Of a stretch of 64,000 nucleotides of DNA, positions 62,030 through 64,000 are shown piece after piece (position 1 is the first letter of the stretch; each line of letters opens with the position of its first letter). The translations under genes and the position numbers were made by a program. Below the pieces are notes generated by a model. It ran no database searches. It was not told the DNA's origin and saw only the letters and a program-made list of their open reading frames with translations. The stretch is from Ruminococcaceae bacterium UBA1767 (lineage in GTDB: Bacteria > Bacillota > Clostridia > Oscillospirales > Acutalibacteraceae), in contig DCGX01000057.1 of the NCBI GenBank assembly GCA_002315505.1, forward strand, positions 2,240 through 66,239, given 5' to 3'.

Positions 62030-64000
62030 TTATTCAGCCTTTGCTGCTTCTGCCTGAGCGAGAGCATCACCGAAAGCTGTTGAAGGTCTTTCCTCTGTTG
62101 AACGAAGCTCAACCTCAGAATAGCACTTCATACCTGTACCTGACGGAAGGAGCTTACCGATAATTACGTTCTCCTTAAGTCCGAGGAGCGGGTCTGACTT
62201 GCCCTTGATAGCGGCATCTGTAAGAACTCTTGTTGTTTCCTGGAATGATGCAGCTGAAAGGAATGACTCTGTTGCAAGAGAAGCCTTTGTGATACCCATA
62301 AGTGTCGGGCTTACTGTTGCAAGATTCGGCTCTGTGCCTTCCTGTGCAGCCTTTGCCTTAAGAGCATCGTTTGCTGAGTAGAACTCGTGCTTCTCGATGA
62401 TTGAACCCGGAAGGAAATCAGTATCGCCTGCGTCCTCAACCTTAACCTTACGCATCATCTGACGAACAATAACCTCGATGTGCTTATCGTTGATATCAAC
62501 ACCCTGTGTACGATATGTCTTCTGAACTTCACGGATAAGATAATCGTGAACAGCTTCAACACCACGAATTGCAAGAATGTCGTGCGGATTAGGAGCACCA
62601 TCTGTAAGTGCCTGGCCCTTCTTAACGAAGTCGCCTTCCTTAACAAGCTCACGGAAGCCGTAAGGAATAAGATATGTCTTAGCCTCACCATCTTCGTTAT
62701 TAGTAATAACAACGTGACGGCTCTTCTTGATTTCTTCAAATGAAACTACACCGCTGATTTCTGAAAGGATTGCGAGTGCCTTCGGCTTTCTTGCCTCGAA
62801 AAGTTCTTCGATACGCGGAAGACCCTGTGTGATATCGCCGGCATCCTTAGCACCACCGGTATGGAATGTTCTCATTGTAAGCTGTGTACCCGGCTCACCG
62901 ATTGACTGAGCAGCGATAATACCAACAGCCTCACCTACTGTAACAGGCTGACCTGTTGCAAGGTTTGAACCATAGCACTTGATACATACGCCGTGCTCTG
63001 ACTTACAGGTAAGAAGTGAACGAATTACAACTGAAGCAGATGAATCTGCATCCGCCTTGCCTGCGTCAATAAGTGCCTGATGCTTTTCCTTTGCATTATT
63101 TGCAACTCTTTCTGCATCCTCGCCTGTCATCATCTTATCGCAGGTCATAATAACCTCGCCTGTTTCCTCATCAACGTAATCGTTGAGAAGATAACGACCG
63201 GTAAGACGCTCTGCAAGACTAACAATCTTTCTGCCGTCATGGAAGATATCATATACTTCGATACCCTCATCGCATCCGCAATCTTCATCGTGAATGATAC
63301 ATTCCTGTGAAACGTCAACAAGACGTCTTGTAAGGTAACCAGAGTCAGCAGTACGAAGAGCTGTATCTGCAAGTCCTTTACGAGCACCACGGGAAGAAAT
63401 GAAGTATTCAAGAATATTCAAGCCTTCACGGTAGTTAGCCTTGATAGGTACTTCGATTGTCTTACCTGCTGTATTTGCGATAAGTCCACGCATACCGGCA
63501 AGCTGACGAAGCTGTGAATCATTACCACGGGCACCGGAATCAAGCATCATGTTGATTGGGTTATATTTATCAAAGTTTGCCTTGAGCTCTTTAGCAACTT
63601 CCTGTGTGCACTGCTCCCAAACTTCGATGATTTTGTCTGAACGAACTGTATTTGTGATAAGACCACGCTCATAGTTACGTGTAATCTTATCAACCTTTGC
63701 CTCTGCTTCTGCAAGAAGCTGTTTCTTTGCAGGCGGAATTGTTGCATCGAATGCAGCAACAGTGATACCGCTTCGTGTTGAGTGCTTGTAGCCCTGTGCC
63801 TTGATATCATCAAGCATCTTAGCGGCTACTGATGTACCGTGAACACGGATACATTTATCAATAATCTTACCGAGGTTGCCCTTCTTAACGAGGAATTCAA
63901 CCTCAAGGCGGAACATACTGTCGATATCTTCAGGATTACGCTCAACAAAGCCAAGATCCTGAGGAATAGGATTGTTGAAGATAACCTTACCGAGTGTTGT
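62030..64000 (-). CDS. rpoC: DNA-directed RNA polymerase subunit beta', C-terminal part (5' end outside the window)
   Basis: The frame stays open to nt 64000 (TTLGKVIFNNPIPQDLGF... upstream of the track's internal Met). Conserved blocks LRTFHTGG and GGLPRVAELFEAR-like (QGLPRIEELFEARKPK). Confidence 0.95.
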   Translation of the reverse strand, partial: TTLGKVIFNNPIPQDLGFVERNPEDIDSMFRLEVEFLVKKGNLGKIIDKCIRVHGTSVAAKMLDDIKAQGYKHSTRSGITVAAFDATIPPAKKQLLAEAEAKVDKITRNYERGLITNTVRSDKIIEVWEQCTQEVAKELKANFDKYNPINMMLDSGARGNDSQLRQLAGMRGLIANTAGKTIEVPIKANYREGLNILEYFISSRGARKGLADTALRTADSGYLTRRLVDVSQECIIHDEDCGCDEGIEVYDIFHDGRKIVSLAERLTGRYLLNDYVDEETGEVIMTCDKMMTGEDAERVANNAKEKHQALIDAGKADADSSASVVIRSLLTCKSEHGVCIKCYGSNLATGQPVTVGEAVGIIAAQSIGEPGTQLTMRTFHTGGAKDAGDITQGLPRIEELFEARKPKALAILSEISGVVSFEEIKKSRHVVITNNEDGEAKTYLIPYGFRELVKEGDFVKKGQALTDGAPNPHDILAIRGVEAVHDYLIREVQKTYRTQGVDINDKHIEVIVRQMMRKVKVEDAGDTDFLPGSIIEKHEFYSANDALKAKAAQEGTEPNLATVSPTLMGITKASLATESFLSAASFQETTRVLTDAAIKGKSDPLLGLKENVIIGKLLPSGTGMKCYSEVELRSTEERPSTAFGDALAQAEAAKAE

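Overview
AT-rich (about 40% GC by eye, not computed) chromosomal window from an anaerobic Firmicute of class Clostridia. Two secreted proteins carry type-I dockerin modules with Thr-rich linkers, which suggests a Ruminococcus-like Oscillospiraceae host; this is inference, not checked against any database. About 90% of the window is core housekeeping. In order: rqcH (5' end cut by the window), an acyl-CoA synthetase, secreted phosphoesterase and lipase genes, and CIRCE-controlled groES-groEL. Then murD-murI, copA, a complete F1Fo ATP synthase operon (atpI-like, B, E, F, H, A, G, D, C), efp and maf. Next comes the conserved nusB-xseAB-ispA-dxs-tlyA-nadK-argR-recN block. On the minus strand lie nrdG-nrdD-trxB, then rpe-rbsK on the plus strand. 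The rest is ligA, dgt-dnaG-sigA, yigZ, rpmE, peptidases, a fabG-like SDR and the 3' part of rpoC. The only clearly accessory stretch is 58.2-62.0 kb. It holds a tRNA-Thr(CGU) gene with an 876-bp insertion that lacks an integrase and is bounded by perfect 40-bp direct repeats of the tRNA 3' half. The insertion carries an operator-bearing promoter, two 40-41 aa hydrophobic peptides and a 53-aa HTH protein. A YhhN-family membrane protein and a GH39-like glycosidase follow, bracketed by hairpin-rich intergenic repeats, in the position where rpsL-rpsG-fusA normally follow rpoC. Other points worth a second look: NrdD has a fused C-terminal CPNC thioredoxin-fold domain next to trxB, and NrdR boxes sit inside two separate promoters. 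The c-subunit has a two-carboxylate Na+-type ion-binding signature, and the epsilon subunit lacks its C-terminal domain. A 142-aa protein downstream of efp has 16 Cys in its last 64 residues. Two wall-active modules are fused to dockerins, and a promoter plus intrinsic terminator form a leader in front of nusB. I found no CRISPR array, rRNA, intact prophage, transposase or recognisable defence system. All protein calls rest on motifs read by eye, and no searches were run.
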